From the NCBI GenBank assembly GCA_963717505.1, contig OY970342.1:1984001-2048000 (forward strand): a stretch of DNA of 64,000 nucleotides. Direction: 5' to 3'. Under the pieces are notes generated by a model that was not told the DNA's origin, did not search any database, and saw only the letters and a program-made list of their open reading frames with translations. The translations under genes and the position numbers were made by a program. Positions 1-9,402 of this stretch are shown here, in pieces. This stretch comes from Candidatus Eiseniibacteriota bacterium. Lineage in GTDB: Bacteria; Eisenbacteria; RBG-16-71-46. How positions within the stretch are numbered: position 1 is the first letter of the stretch; every line of letters begins with the position of its first letter.

Positions 1-1176
1 CGCACCGCACGGCTCGGCCAGGAGTTGTTCGCGCTGACCCAGGCGGTCGCCGCCACAACTCTCGTCGCCGGCGTCGCGTCGTTCTTCACCCGCGGCGAGC
101 TCTCGCGGCTCACGCTCCTGATCTTCGCTGCGGTCGCATTGATCGCGCTGTTCACGAGCCGGCTCGCGATCCGTTTCGTACTGCGGGCGTTGCGACGCGG
201 CGGGCGCAACCTGCGCCACGCGCTGGTGGTCGGCACCGGGGACCTGGCGCGTGCGCTGATCGAGAAGCTTGCGGCTCATCGCGACTTCGGGATCGTGGTT
301 TCGGGCGTGGTCGCCGAGCGCGCCGGTGCCGGCGCGGAGGTCGGCGGGGCGCGCGTGGTCGGCACGGTCGCCGAGCTGCCGGCGCTGGTCGAAGAACTGC
401 GCGCCGAGCTGGTCTACCTGGCGTTGCCACGCGCCGAGTGGCAGGCCGAGGAGGTGGCGCTCGAAGGCCTCGCCGACTCGACCGCGGCGGTGCGCCTGGT
501 GCCCGACTTGGGGCGTGCGTTCACGCTCAACGCCACGGTCGAGGACTTCGACGGCACGCCGGTGGTGTTGGTCACCGAAAGCCCGGGACAGGGGTGGAAC
601 GCGGTCGCCAAGCGCGTGTTCGACTTCGCGCTCTCGACCGCGGGCCTGGTCGTCCTCTCGCCGGTGCTGGCGGCGATTGCGATTTGGGTGCGGCTCGATT
701 CACCGGGGCCGGTGCTCTATCGGCAGGAGCGAGTGGGTCTGAACGGCCGGCGTTTCGGGATGCTCAAGTTCCGCACCATGCGGCTCGACGCCGACTCAGG
801 CGCTACTCCGGAGTGGTCACGACCCGACGACCCGCGGCGCACGCGCGCCGGGCGCATTCTGCGACCGCTGTCGCTCGACGAGCTGCCGCAGCTCTGGAAC
901 GTGTTCCTCGGCCAGATGAGCCTGGTCGGCCCGCGTCCCGAGCAGCCCTACTACGTCGAGCGCTTCCGCGCTTCGGTACCGCGCTACATGCTGCGCCATC
1001 ACGTGAAGGCCGGCATCACCGGCTGGGCGCAGATCCACGGTCTGCGCGGCGACACGCCGCTCGAGCGGCGGATCGAGTACGACCTCTACTACATCCGCAA
1101 TTGGTCGATCCTGCTCGACCTCAAGATCCTGTTCCTGACCGTGGTGCGCGTGTTCCGCGACGCGAGTGCCCACTAG
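1..1176 (+). CDS. wcaJ: Undecaprenyl-phosphate glucose phosphotransferase (WcaJ/WbaP-type priming glycosyltransferase), 5' end outside window
   Basis: KRVFDF...DSPGPVLYRQERVG, KFRTM, LDELPQLWNV...MSLVGPRPE, GITGWAQIHG, DLYYIRNWSILLDLKI (Bac_transf); preceded by a CoA-binding-like domain. Confidence 0.88.
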   Translation, partial: RTARLGQELFALTQAVAATTLVAGVASFFTRGELSRLTLLIFAAVALIALFTSRLAIRFVLRALRRGGRNLRHALVVGTGDLARALIEKLAAHRDFGIVVSGVVAERAGAGAEVGGARVVGTVAELPALVEELRAELVYLALPRAEWQAEEVALEGLADSTAAVRLVPDLGRAFTLNATVEDFDGTPVVLVTESPGQGWNAVAKRVFDFALSTAGLVVLSPVLAAIAIWVRLDSPGPVLYRQERVGLNGRRFGMLKFRTMRLDADSGATPEWSRPDDPRRTRAGRILRPLSLDELPQLWNVFLGQMSLVGPRPEQPYYVERFRASVPRYMLRHHVKAGITGWAQIHGLRGDTPLERRIEYDLYYIRNWSILLDLKILFLTVVRVFRDASAH

Positions 1177-1181
1177 ACGCC

Positions 1182-2933
1182 ATGAAACGCTACGAAGAAC
1201 GGATGGACCCAGAGACCGGCGAGCGGTACCTCGCGCTCTTCGAGCGCGGCGAGAGGATCAAGGACGATCCGCTGCTCAATAAGGGCACCTGCTTCACCCG
1301 CGAAGAACGAGAGCAGCTCGGGCTGCAGGGGCTGCTGCCTCCGGCGGTGCAATCGCCTGACGAACAGGCGTCCCGTGCCTACGAGAACTATTCGAAGGCT
1401 GGAGATCCGGTCCAGCGCTACCTGTTCCTTGCCGGGCTTCAAGACCGCAACGAAGTCCTGTTCCATCGCCTGGTGCTCGACCACCTCGACGAGATGATCC
1501 CCATCATTTACACGCCCACGGTCGGCAAGGCCTGCGAGCAGTACAGCCACATCTATCGCCGCGCTCGTGGTGTCTATGTGTCCGCCGACGACCGCGGGCA
1601 CGTCCTCCGACTGCTGCGCAACGCCAGTCGCATGGAGCCGCGGGTCATCGTGATCACCGACAACGAGGCGATCCTCGGAATCGGAGATCAAGGTGTGGGC
1701 GGCATGCCGATTGCGATTGGCAAGCTCGCGCTCTACTCGGTCGGGGCAGGGATCCATCCCGCTCACTGCCTGCCGATCGACATTGACGTCGGGACGGACA
1801 ACCCGGCGCTCCTGGGAGATCCCCTCTACCTTGGGGTGCCGAGACGCAGGATGCGCGGTGCACCCTACTTCGATCTGCTCGATGAACTGGTCGAGGCCAT
1901 CGCTCAGGCCTTCCCCCATGCGCTGGTGCAGTGGGAGGACTTCGCGAATCGCACCGCGTTTCAGGTTCTGGAGCGCTATCGCCGGCGGCTGCCGTCGTTC
2001 GACGACGACATCCAGGGCACCGGAGCCGTGGTGGCGGCCGGGATTCAAAGCGCCGCACGCCAGGTCGGCCGGCGGTTCGAAGACGAGCGGATCGTGTTCT
2101 ATGGCGCCGGGGCGGCGGGTGGCGGTTCGGCGCTGGCGATTCGGCACGCCTTGCGCGAGGCCGGCGTGTCGGAAGGTGCACAGTCGCGTCAGGTTCTGTG
2201 TCTCGACTCCCACGGTTTGATCGTTGCCGATCGGTCCGGGCTCGAGTACCCCAAGCGGGAGCTGGCGGTCGATCCATCGATGGCGGCGAAGTGGCCGCGC
2301 GCGAGTGATGGGACGCTGGGGCTGGCTCAGGTGGTTCGCGCGTTTCGACCCACGGTGCTGGTTGGCACCTCGGGGCAGCAAGGCGCCTTTCGCGAGGAGA
2401 TCGTGCGCGACATGCAGGCCGGATGCGAACGGCCGGTGTTCCTGGCGCTGTCGAATCCCACGAGCAAGGCGGAGGCGCGCCCCGATGAGTTGCTCCGGTG
2501 GACGAACGGCGCGGCCGTGATCGGCACCGGCAGCCCGTTCCCACCCGCACAACACGCGGGCCGGACGTACACGATCGGCCAGGGGAACAACGCGCTCGTG
2601 TTCCCCGGCGTGGGGCTCGGCGCCACCGCGGTACGCGCCCGCTGGTTGCCCGACGAGGCGTTTTCGGCTGCGAGCCGCTCGCTCCACGAGTTCACCGTAC
2701 GTGAGGTTGGTACGGCGGCCGGCAGTCCGATCTACCCCTCGCTCAACCGGCTGCGCGACGTGTCGCGCGAGGTGGCTGTGGCCGTGGGCTGCGCACTGAT
2801 CGAGCAGGAGGCAGCCCCGCACCTGACGCGCTCCGAGGTCGAGAAGCGCGTGACCGAGTCGATGTGGGAGCCCAAGTACCTGCCTTATCGGGCGGCGACC
2901 GCAGCCGGGAAGGAAGAGATCCTGGATCGGTAG
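1182..2933 (+). CDS. maeA: NAD-dependent malic enzyme
   Basis: LNKGTCFT, QDRNEVLF, PIIYTPTVG, ILGIGDQG, QWEDF, FDDDIQGTG, LSNPTSKAE, QGNNALVFPG; ATG at 1182 just after the wcaJ stop. Confidence 0.9.
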   Translation: MKRYEERMDPETGERYLALFERGERIKDDPLLNKGTCFTREEREQLGLQGLLPPAVQSPDEQASRAYENYSKAGDPVQRYLFLAGLQDRNEVLFHRLVLDHLDEMIPIIYTPTVGKACEQYSHIYRRARGVYVSADDRGHVLRLLRNASRMEPRVIVITDNEAILGIGDQGVGGMPIAIGKLALYSVGAGIHPAHCLPIDIDVGTDNPALLGDPLYLGVPRRRMRGAPYFDLLDELVEAIAQAFPHALVQWEDFANRTAFQVLERYRRRLPSFDDDIQGTGAVVAAGIQSAARQVGRRFEDERIVFYGAGAAGGGSALAIRHALREAGVSEGAQSRQVLCLDSHGLIVADRSGLEYPKRELAVDPSMAAKWPRASDGTLGLAQVVRAFRPTVLVGTSGQQGAFREEIVRDMQAGCERPVFLALSNPTSKAEARPDELLRWTNGAAVIGTGSPFPPAQHAGRTYTIGQGNNALVFPGVGLGATAVRARWLPDEAFSAASRSLHEFTVREVGTAAGSPIYPSLNRLRDVSREVAVAVGCALIEQEAAPHLTRSEVEKRVTESMWEPKYLPYRAATAAGKEEILDR

Positions 2934-2969
2934 TTTCTCGCCGCGCATGTTGCGCGGCGCCAGCACGCA

Positions 2970-4106
2970 TTACCGCAGGGCGTCGGCGTAGGCGGCGAGC
3001 GTGGCAGCAGCGGTCTTTTGCCATGTGAACGCACGCGCGCGCTCGCGGCCGCGCTGGGCGAGCGACACGCGGCGTACGGAATCGGGGAGCAAGGTCGTGA
3101 TCGCCGCGGCCCAGCGTTCGGGATCGCGCGGCTCGAGCACATCCGCGGCGTCGCCGACCGCTTCGGGCAGCGAGCCGCCGTTCGACGACAGCACCGGCAC
3201 GCCGCACGCCATTGCCTCCAAAGGCGGCAGGCCGAAGCCCTCGGACAGCGACGGATGAACGTAGAGCGTGGCCCCGGAGTAGAGCAACGCCAACGTTTCG
3301 TCGTCGGCCGGCTCGCCCGCGAAGTGCACCGCACTCGCGATGTCCAGGCTCGCCGCGAGCCGCGCCAATTCCTGATCGGGCTGCCAAGGGGTTCCCGACA
3401 GAACCAGCGGCGGTCTTTGGCCCGCCGGCATCGCCGCCAGGGCGCGCAGCAGCAGCTCGAGGTTCTTGTGCCGCCGGCGCGCGCCGACGTAGAGCAGGTA
3501 ATCGGCGGGCAGGTTCCGTTGCCGGCGGAACGCCTCGATATCGGCGCGCGGTCTCGGCCCGAACTTCTCCGCGACCCCGAGCGGAATCACGCGCACCTTG
3601 GATTCGGGCACGCCGAGCAGCTCGACGATGTCGCGGCGCGTGTGCTCCGAGTCCGCGATCACCACGCGTGCGCGCCGTGCGGCGAGCGAGGCCACCACGC
3701 GCGCGTAGGCCGCGGCCCCCGCGGGGAAGAACTGCGGGTAGCGGACGTGGATCAGGTCGTGAATCGTGACCACCGCGGGTCCGCTCCACAAGAGCGGCAG
3801 CGTGTAGTGCGGCGCGTGCAGCAAGTCGGCGCCCGCGCGGCGCGCCGCGCCCGCCACCACCCAGTGCTCGGCGAGCGAGTACTTGCCGGCGCGCACCGGG
3901 ATCTCGTGAACGGGGCCGCGCCACCGCACGCGCCCGAGATCGGCGGGATCGACTAGCGCCGTCCAGCGATGGCTGTGTGCCCCGGCCGGATCATCGCCGG
4001 TGCCGGGCGCGGCGGGTGTGCCGGCGGCCAGCGCCTGGAGCAGATTCCGGATGTACGTGCCGATGCCGCCGTCGAACAGCTTGCGGGCGTCGAGTGCCAC
4101 GTTCAT
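2970..4106 (-). CDS. Glycosyltransferase family 4 (GT-B)
   Basis: MNVALDAR...GGIGTY, VVTIHDLI, YVGARRRHKNL, SLSEGFGLPPLEAMACG. Confidence 0.9.
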   Translation of the reverse strand: MNVALDARKLFDGGIGTYIRNLLQALAAGTPAAPGTGDDPAGAHSHRWTALVDPADLGRVRWRGPVHEIPVRAGKYSLAEHWVVAGAARRAGADLLHAPHYTLPLLWSGPAVVTIHDLIHVRYPQFFPAGAAAYARVVASLAARRARVVIADSEHTRRDIVELLGVPESKVRVIPLGVAEKFGPRPRADIEAFRRQRNLPADYLLYVGARRRHKNLELLLRALAAMPAGQRPPLVLSGTPWQPDQELARLAASLDIASAVHFAGEPADDETLALLYSGATLYVHPSLSEGFGLPPLEAMACGVPVLSSNGGSLPEAVGDAADVLEPRDPERWAAAITTLLPDSVRRVSLAQRGRERARAFTWQKTAAATLAAYADALR

Positions 4107-4984
4107 GCGCGACTCCGCGCGCGCCGGTAGTCGCGAAAACCGTCGCGGCGGCCGCGGAACGAGGCGAGATAGCGTCGAGCGACCAGCGGCCGGAAGGTGA
4201 TCGCCGACAAGACCGCGCCGCCGAGCGCGCGCACCAGGTAGCGGCGGTGCATGGCCTGTATCGCGGCCCCGAGCGGGCCGTTCGCGTGTTTGGCGAACAG
4301 CGCCCCCCAGCCGCGCCCGTACGATTCCGCGCGCGCGATGCCGGCGCGCGCGTCGCGAACCACGTAAGGATCGGGGTGCGTGACGCGGGCCGCGGGAACG
4401 TAGACACCGCGCCCGCCGGCGGCGAGCAGCCGGAACAGGAGATCGCTCTCTTCGCCGCTTCCCCACGTGGCCCCCAGCCCGAATTGCTCGTCGAAGCCGC
4501 CGGCGCGGTCGAACGCGTCGCGTCGCACGAGCAGTCCGGGGCTGAACACGGTTCGCAAGACGTCGGCGGGGGTCGCGAGTACGCGCTCGCGTCCGTCGAG
4601 CCCGACCATGACCGGGCGGCCGTCGGGCGTGGTGACCTGGGTGCAGGCGAATGCAGCTTCCGGATGACGTGCGAGTCCGGCGGTGATCTCGGCGAGCAGC
4701 GTCAGCGCCACCGTGCAGTCGTCGTCGGGAAAGTAGAGCCACGGACTTTGCGTGCGCGTGATCGCGGCATTGCGAGCGCGCGAGAGCCCCGGTGGCGACA
4801 GATGCAGGTACTGGGCGCCCAGGGCGCGAACCTCGGACTCGAGGCTCGGCTCGCGCGACTGGTCGGCGACCACGATCTCGGCGAACACCGGGCGCGCCGC
4901 CACCAGCGTGCGCAGGCAAGTCAACGCCAGCTCGGGTCGATCGAGCGTCGGAAGGATCGCGGCGCAGGCCAGCGTGTCGTTCAT
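4103..4984 (-). CDS. Glycosyltransferase family 2
   Basis: ILPTLDRP, VVADQS, GLSRARNAAI, YFPDDDC, GGFDEQFG...GEESDL; 4-bp overlaps with neighbours. Confidence 0.88.
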   Translation of the reverse strand: MNDTLACAAILPTLDRPELALTCLRTLVAARPVFAEIVVADQSREPSLESEVRALGAQYLHLSPPGLSRARNAAITRTQSPWLYFPDDDCTVALTLLAEITAGLARHPEAAFACTQVTTPDGRPVMVGLDGRERVLATPADVLRTVFSPGLLVRRDAFDRAGGFDEQFGLGATWGSGEESDLLFRLLAAGGRGVYVPAARVTHPDPYVVRDARAGIARAESYGRGWGALFAKHANGPLGAAIQAMHRRYLVRALGGAVLSAITFRPLVARRYLASFRGRRDGFRDYRRARSRA

Positions 4985-5985
4985 CCGCGCGACCAGGTCC
5001 AGCGATGCCAGACGCCGCGTGCGCGGTCGAGCGCGCGCTTGCCGCCGAGCCCGAGCAACAGGGCCTTGAACCACAGCGACGGACTGGTCAGCCAGCAGGC
5101 AAGCACCCCGAGGCGCGCCTTCGAGCCAAATCGCTCGCCCAGCAACCGCGTGAACGTCGCCGCAGCAGCCGGATCTCCTTGAGTCAACACCGCGTTCAGG
5201 TAGCGCGTCACGTACTGCCGCAGCGCGCTGCGGCGCCACCGGCGCAGCCGCTTGCCGCGGTGTCCGGCGGCGCGCGCCGCGGCGTAGGGCGACAGGATCG
5301 AATCGAGATTCGCGACGTGTGCTTCGGAGTCGAGCGCCTTCGAGGCATTGAAGTCGTGCCCGCGCCACTCGCCGGCGATGCGGCCGAGCAGCACGACGTT
5401 GCCTTCCAGGCACAGTCGGCGCAGCGACTCCCAGTCCGAGCTCTGGATGTCGTGGGTGTAGAACCCGATCGCACGCGCGCGCTCGGCGTGGTAGAGCGAT
5501 CCCAGGTGCGGCACCACCTGCTCCGGCGAGCGCCAGCGCAGGAAGAACCGCCAGCCATCGACGTGCTCGACCGCGCGCCGGGTCGGGACCCGATCGCGAT
5601 AGCGTCCGTCCGCTTCGCGCGAACGCTGTCCGCCGATCGCCAGCACCGAGTCGGCTCGCAGCTCGCGCACTGCCGCGCTCACGAAACCCGGGTCGATCAG
5701 CACGTCGTCGCCGTCCAGGTTCAGCACCCATTCTCCGCGCGCCGCCGCGAGCAGCGATCGATAGTTGCCGACGCGACCCAGGTTGGTCGGGTTGCGCGCG
5801 ACGCGAACGCGGGGATGGCGTGCGGCGCGCTCGATCGCCTGATAGGTGCCGTCGGGCGAGGCGTTGTCGTGCACCAGCACTTCGAGCGAGGCGTAGTCCT
5901 GTGCCAGCGCGCTGGCGATCGCCTCGCCGATGGTGTCCGCCTGGCAGTAGGCGGGAATCATGATGGTGACCAAGGGGGTGTTCAT
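4981..5985 (-). CDS. Glycosyltransferase family 2
   Basis: LVTIMIPAY, SALAQDY, HDNASPDGT, NLGRVGN, NLDGDD. Confidence 0.88.
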   Translation of the reverse strand: MNTPLVTIMIPAYCQADTIGEAIASALAQDYASLEVLVHDNASPDGTYQAIERAARHPRVRVARNPTNLGRVGNYRSLLAAARGEWVLNLDGDDVLIDPGFVSAAVRELRADSVLAIGGQRSREADGRYRDRVPTRRAVEHVDGWRFFLRWRSPEQVVPHLGSLYHAERARAIGFYTHDIQSSDWESLRRLCLEGNVVLLGRIAGEWRGHDFNASKALDSEAHVANLDSILSPYAAARAAGHRGKRLRRWRRSALRQYVTRYLNAVLTQGDPAAAATFTRLLGERFGSKARLGVLACWLTSPSLWFKALLLGLGGKRALDRARGVWHRWTWSRG

Positions 5986-7046
5986 GACGATGACTCGCGC
6001 GAGATGGCGTGGACGATCAGCTCGTCGCCCGACTCGGGGTCGAACGGCATGCGCGCGGCCGCGACGCCCGCGGCGAGCTTTCCCCATGCGCGATCAGCCG
6101 CGCTCAGGCGGTCGTGCGAGCAACCGTGCGCACGCCGCGCCCGGCGCAACGACCGCGACGCGGCCTCGGCGAACGGCGTGGCCTTGGACGAAGTCTGCGC
6201 CCAGTCGATTGCGAACCTGCACTCGTCGAGCAAGCGCGCGAGCGGCGCGAGCCGGAATACCTGAAGGTGCCGGGGTGGCTCGAGGCCGCGCCAATCCCGC
6301 TTGAAACGCCGGTGAAGCCACGAGGCGGCGTTCGGGGTCTGGATCACGAGTCGACCGCTCGGGGCGAGAACGCGCCGGCATTCGCCCAGTGTTCGGCGTG
6401 GATCCGGAACGTGCTCGATCACATGGTTGAGCAGCACGGCGTCGAACGCACCGTCGGGATAGGCACGGCTCTCGAGCGTTCCGGCTTCGACGTCGAGCCC
6501 GCGGCGCCGCGCGGCCGCCACGGCTTCGGGGTCGGGCTCGATGCCCGCGACCTGCCAGCCCAGCGATCGCAGCCACTCCATGTTCGCTCCCGATCCGCAG
6601 CCGACGTCGAGCAGGCGACCGCGCCGCTCCCCGCGCAGGTAGAACACGCTCGCGTCCAGCCGCATGCGCAACGGCGGCAGGACGCCGGCGAACGCGCCCA
6701 ACGCGCGACCGGAGAGTGAAGGGCCAAGCTGTGCGTAGCCCCAAGTGTGCGCCAGGTATGCGTGCTTGGTCTCGAGGATCCACCCTGTGCTGCCGCCGCT
6801 CCGCGATTCCGCAAGATTGTCCTCGTGAGTCTGGTATCGCAGATAGGCCCGGGCCAAGTCCGAAGCAATCGGCGCCGGGTCGAGCCACAGCATGCCGCAC
6901 GGCTCGCGCGGGCAGCGGGCGACCGTCCACGATCCGGGGACTCCCCACACCGCGTCATCGAGATCGCGGTAGTGCGCAATCCCGGACGTCGAGCATGCCG
7001 GACATCTCGGGCGAGGCTCGGTGCGCAGCAGCGTGACTTCTCTCAT
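5982..7046 (-). CDS. Class I SAM-dependent methyltransferase with N-terminal Cys (Zn-ribbon-like) motif
   Basis: CPAC...CPREPC; LLDVGCGSG; FDAVLLNHVIEH; LVIQTPN; EPPRHL. Confidence 0.85.
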   Translation of the reverse strand: MREVTLLRTEPRPRCPACSTSGIAHYRDLDDAVWGVPGSWTVARCPREPCGMLWLDPAPIASDLARAYLRYQTHEDNLAESRSGGSTGWILETKHAYLAHTWGYAQLGPSLSGRALGAFAGVLPPLRMRLDASVFYLRGERRGRLLDVGCGSGANMEWLRSLGWQVAGIEPDPEAVAAARRRGLDVEAGTLESRAYPDGAFDAVLLNHVIEHVPDPRRTLGECRRVLAPSGRLVIQTPNAASWLHRRFKRDWRGLEPPRHLQVFRLAPLARLLDECRFAIDWAQTSSKATPFAEAASRSLRRARRAHGCSHDRLSAADRAWGKLAAGVAAARMPFDPESGDELIVHAISRESSS

Positions 7047-8533
7047 CAGGCGTCCCGGCCGGCCAGGAGTCGCAAGCGCTCGCCCATCCATGAGCGGTCT
7101 TCGGCGTCGAGCAGCCACCACCAGCCGATCGCGGCTGAAGAGAGCAGAACCGTCGCGGCGACCAACGCGCGCGCGCCGACGCCGGCCGGCAGCGAGACCG
7201 CGAACAGACCGGCGGCGGTCATCCCCAGCGCCGCCAGCCACGATGCGCCTTCCGGAGCGCCCGCAAGCGGCCGGCGCGCCATGACGAACAAGGCGACCGC
7301 GTCGATCGACGCGCGCAGCGACCACGCGGCGGCGGCAAACGAAATGCCACCCAGTCGGATGGCCCACGCGGTGATCAACAGCGCGAAGGGAGTCTCGATC
7401 AGGTGCAGTTTGGCGACGCGGTCGGAATGCCCCGCGGCCTGAAGCAGTGCGAACGGGACGTGAGCGACGCTGTTGACCACGATGCCGAATGACAGCCAGC
7501 GCAACACCGCGACCCCCGCCCCGGCGAAGTCGGGCCCGATCCACAGGCCGAGAATCTCGGGCGCAAACGCGTTGAGGACGAGCCCGAGGGGGAATACCAG
7601 CAGTAGCGTGACGATCACTCCGCGCCGGTGGAGTGCCCGCACCGTGCCGCGCTCGGCGGCGTGCTCGGCGGCGAACGACGGGAAGAGGACGCCGGCGAGT
7701 GCTGCCGGGATCACTAGAATGCGCGAGGCCAGCTCGAACGGCGTGGCGTAGTGCGCGACCGCCGCGGTCGAGATCATGCCCGCGATCAGCACCCGGTCGG
7801 AGTAGACGATGATCGGACCGACGATGTTGGTCACCGTCATCCAGCCGCCGTCGCGAACCAGGCCGGCGAGCAATTCCGGCTGGACGCGCAACCCACCGCG
7901 CAGCGCCGGCAGGACTCGCCATGCCGCCACCAGGTGGAGCAGCCAGGCCGCGGCCCGGCCTGCGGCCAAGGCCAGGATGATCGGCGGCAGCGATGGGGAT
8001 CGCTGGAGCAGGACGAGCGGCACGACGAACGTGTAGACGCCGAATCCGATCCGCAGTGCATTCGCGATTCCGAACCGCTGGTAGCCCTCGAGAATGCCGC
8101 GCAGCGTCGCGGTGCCGAGCACGAACGGGAGCGAGGCGGCGAGCCACAGCAGCGAGACCCGCATTTCCTCGCGCAGCTCGGCCGGCGTGCGCAGCCATCC
8201 GGCGATCGCGGGGGCGGCGAGCGCGAGCACGCCGCCGCCGATGGCGCCGAGCACCAGGGTGAACGCGAGTGCGGCGCCGGCCAGCTGGGGCAGATCCGCT
8301 TCGGCGCCCGCGCCCCGGCGCGTCGCGATCGAGCGGGTGAGGGCCCGGCCGACGCCGAGGTCGAACAGCGTGAGATACCCGAGCAGGGTCCAGGCGATCG
8401 CCAGAATGCCGAAGCGATCCGCGCCGAGCCCGCGGATCAGGATCGGGATCGCAAACGCGGCGACCAGCAGCGGAATGCCGAGCCCGAACAGATTCCACAC
8501 GGCATTGCGCGCGAGGGGGCTGAGTCCGTTCAT
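7046..8533 (-). CDS. wzx: Wzx-type oligosaccharide flippase
   Basis: ARNAVWNLFG, LGADRFGIL, FDLGVGRALTR, YSDRVLI, VLFPSFA; many hydrophobic helices. Confidence 0.85.
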   Translation of the reverse strand: MNGLSPLARNAVWNLFGLGIPLLVAAFAIPILIRGLGADRFGILAIAWTLLGYLTLFDLGVGRALTRSIATRRGAGAEADLPQLAGAALAFTLVLGAIGGGVLALAAPAIAGWLRTPAELREEMRVSLLWLAASLPFVLGTATLRGILEGYQRFGIANALRIGFGVYTFVVPLVLLQRSPSLPPIILALAAGRAAAWLLHLVAAWRVLPALRGGLRVQPELLAGLVRDGGWMTVTNIVGPIIVYSDRVLIAGMISTAAVAHYATPFELASRILVIPAALAGVLFPSFAAEHAAERGTVRALHRRGVIVTLLLVFPLGLVLNAFAPEILGLWIGPDFAGAGVAVLRWLSFGIVVNSVAHVPFALLQAAGHSDRVAKLHLIETPFALLITAWAIRLGGISFAAAAWSLRASIDAVALFVMARRPLAGAPEGASWLAALGMTAAGLFAVSLPAGVGARALVAATVLLSSAAIGWWWLLDAEDRSWMGERLRLLAGRDA

Positions 8534-8670
8534 GTTCCTCGAGTGGGCGGCATACGGCTCGCGAAGCAGCCCAGTCTTTCCGCGGCCACCCGGCGTGTCA
8601 ACCGCGGCCCACACCGGTCCCGTGTGCCTCGCTGTTCCGGTTCGCCAGGGTGCGCCTATAGTCCGCAGCC

Positions 8671-9402
8671 ATGAGCCGCGCCTGTTCCGACGTGCTCGAA
8701 CACGTCCGTCTCGCGATCCGCGAGTTGCTCGTCGCCCTGCCGCGTAACGGCAACCGCCCCCGAACCTTGCTCGACGTTGGTTGCTGGGATGGCGTCGAGA
8801 CCATGCGCTACGCGGAGCTGCTCGGCGCGCGCGCGCACGGGATCGAGGTGTTCCCCGAGCCGGCCGCGGACGCCGAGCGCCGCGGTGTCACGGTCGCGCG
8901 CGTCGATCTCGAGCGCGATCGTTTCCCGTGGCCCGATGCCAGCTTCGACGTGGTCATCGCCAACCAGGTGTTCGAGCACCTGAAGAACATCTGGCTCCCG
9001 ATGTCCGAGATGCATCGGGTGACGCGCACCGGCGGCTGGCTGGTGATCTCGGTGCCCAATCTCGGCAGTCTCCACAACCGGGCACTGATGCTGCTCGGCC
9101 GGCAGCCGACTTCGATCCGCACGTTCGGCCCGCACGTGCGCGGCTACGCCGCCGGCGAGTTCGCGCGTTTCGTCGAGTACGCTGGGGCGTGGCGGATCGA
9201 GCGGCGCGTGGGGGTCGGCTTCTATCCGCTGCCCGCTCGACTTGCAGCACCAATCGCGCGCGCCTGGAGCGGGGCGAGTCACACCACGGTGTTGCTCGCG
9301 CGCAAGCCGGAAGCCGCGCCGTCTGCGCCCTGGCTCGAGTTCGTCAACCAGGGCGAACAGGCGCTCCAGACGTTCTACGCCGCCGAATCGCGTCGCGGCT
9401 GA
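8671..9402 (+). CDS. Class I SAM-dependent methyltransferase (Methyltransf_11-like)
   Basis: LLDVGCWDG, FPWPDASFDVVIANQVFEHL, GGWLVISVPN. Confidence 0.85.
   Translation: MSRACSDVLEHVRLAIRELLVALPRNGNRPRTLLDVGCWDGVETMRYAELLGARAHGIEVFPEPAADAERRGVTVARVDLERDRFPWPDASFDVVIANQVFEHLKNIWLPMSEMHRVTRTGGWLVISVPNLGSLHNRALMLLGRQPTSIRTFGPHVRGYAAGEFARFVEYAGAWRIERRVGVGFYPLPARLAAPIARAWSGASHTTVLLARKPEAAPSAPWLEFVNQGEQALQTFYAAESRRG

Noticed and set aside
438-1181. Long N-terminal extensions on ORFs such as 438..2933, 2970..4919, 5982..8498, 44865..47078 and 60884..63118
   Set aside because: Stop-poor GC-rich read-through across neighbouring genes; starts were reassigned from motifs and operon overlaps
1173-2966. 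Long antisense or alternate-frame ORFs (e.g. 1173..2966 -, 8781..10799 +, 25933..27666 -, 59928..61718 -)
   Set aside because: Shadow ORFs of high-GC3 genes, rich in Arg/Ala/Pro/Gly, with no recognisable motifs
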